NCBI GenBank assembly: GCA_003599275.1
Contig: QZJG01000004.1
Location: forward strand, 87 to 64,086
Length of the DNA stretch: 64,000 nucleotides
Origin: Nitrospiraceae bacterium
Lineage (GTDB): Bacteria > Nitrospirota > Thermodesulfovibrionia > UBA6902
Reading direction: 5' to 3'
Shown: positions 63,900 through 64,000 of the stretch, in pieces
How the letters are laid out: every line of letters starts with the position of its first letter
Numbering within the stretch: position 1 is the first letter of the stretch
Program-made: the position numbers and the translations under genes
The notes under the pieces: generated by a model
The model's input: the letters and a program-made list of their open reading frames with translations, nothing else
What the model was told of the DNA's origin: nothing
The model's database searches: none

Positions 63900-64000
63900 G
63901 AAGGTATGATGTTATCGTGATCGGTGCGGGAGACGTCGGCCTGTCAGTTGCCTTCAAGGCATCTTCAGCGGGCTTAAGGGTAGCTCTCGTTGAGAAGGGG
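63896..64000 (+). CDS. FAD-dependent pyridine nucleotide-disulfide oxidoreductase, N-terminal fragment (runs off the window)
   Basis: MRRYDVIVIGAGDVGLSVAFKASSAGLRVALVEKG is a GxGxxG FAD-binding fold. ATGA overlap with the DUF72 stop. Confidence 0.7.
   Translation, partial: MRRYDVIVIGAGDVGLSVAFKASSAGLRVALVEKG

Overview
Gene-dense 64-kb bacterial chromosomal segment. I found no rRNA, tRNA, CRISPR array, transposase or integrase. Left edge (minus strand): guaB and a SurA-like PPIase. 2.7-31.6 kb: 25 co-directional plus-strand genes form a surface-glycan island. It starts with a wHTH regulator and holds a complete pseudaminic-acid (Pse) core: pseB, pseC, fused pseG-pseH, pseI and an SpsF-type cytidylyltransferase. 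Interleaved tailoring genes are a B12-binding radical SAM, a Gfo/Idh/MocA oxidoreductase, a class-III aminotransferase, an ATP-grasp, an SDR epimerase, an IMPase-like phosphatase, a PIG-L deacetylase, a GNAT, a Cys-less asparagine-synthase-like PP-loop enzyme, two methyltransferases and a radical SAM/SPASM protein. The island also has a Wzx-type flippase, four recognisable glycosyltransferases and two large uncharacterised GT-B-like proteins. 31.6-44.5 kb (minus): a CCA-type nucleotidyltransferase, a Mut7-C RNase, and an ion/compatible-solute cluster (KefB-type CPA2, TM-helix channel protein, GT-A glycosyltransferase, treY, treZ, NhaP-type antiporter). 44.5-53 kb (minus): a pfkB remnant, a CBS-containing site-2 protease, a pyruvate-kinase C-domain-like ORF, a divergent phosphoketolase, an orphan histidine kinase, a short PsiE-like protein and a P-type ATPase. 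53-64 kb: a repeat-rich spacer with an MscS remnant, then a ClC channel, SPFH protein, M23 peptidase, Pal, a GpgS-like enzyme, a split NosR/CcoG-like FMN-binding plus polyferredoxin membrane pair, DUF72 and the start of a flavoprotein oxidoreductase. Three things stand out: (1) the heavily decorated Pse locus with two radical SAM enzymes; (2) hairpin-forming repeat elements, several embedded in frame inside conserved genes (Mut7-C, treZ, treY, a GT4); (3) gene remnants next to such repeats. All functional calls come from motif and family recognition by eye on the supplied translations. No database search was run.
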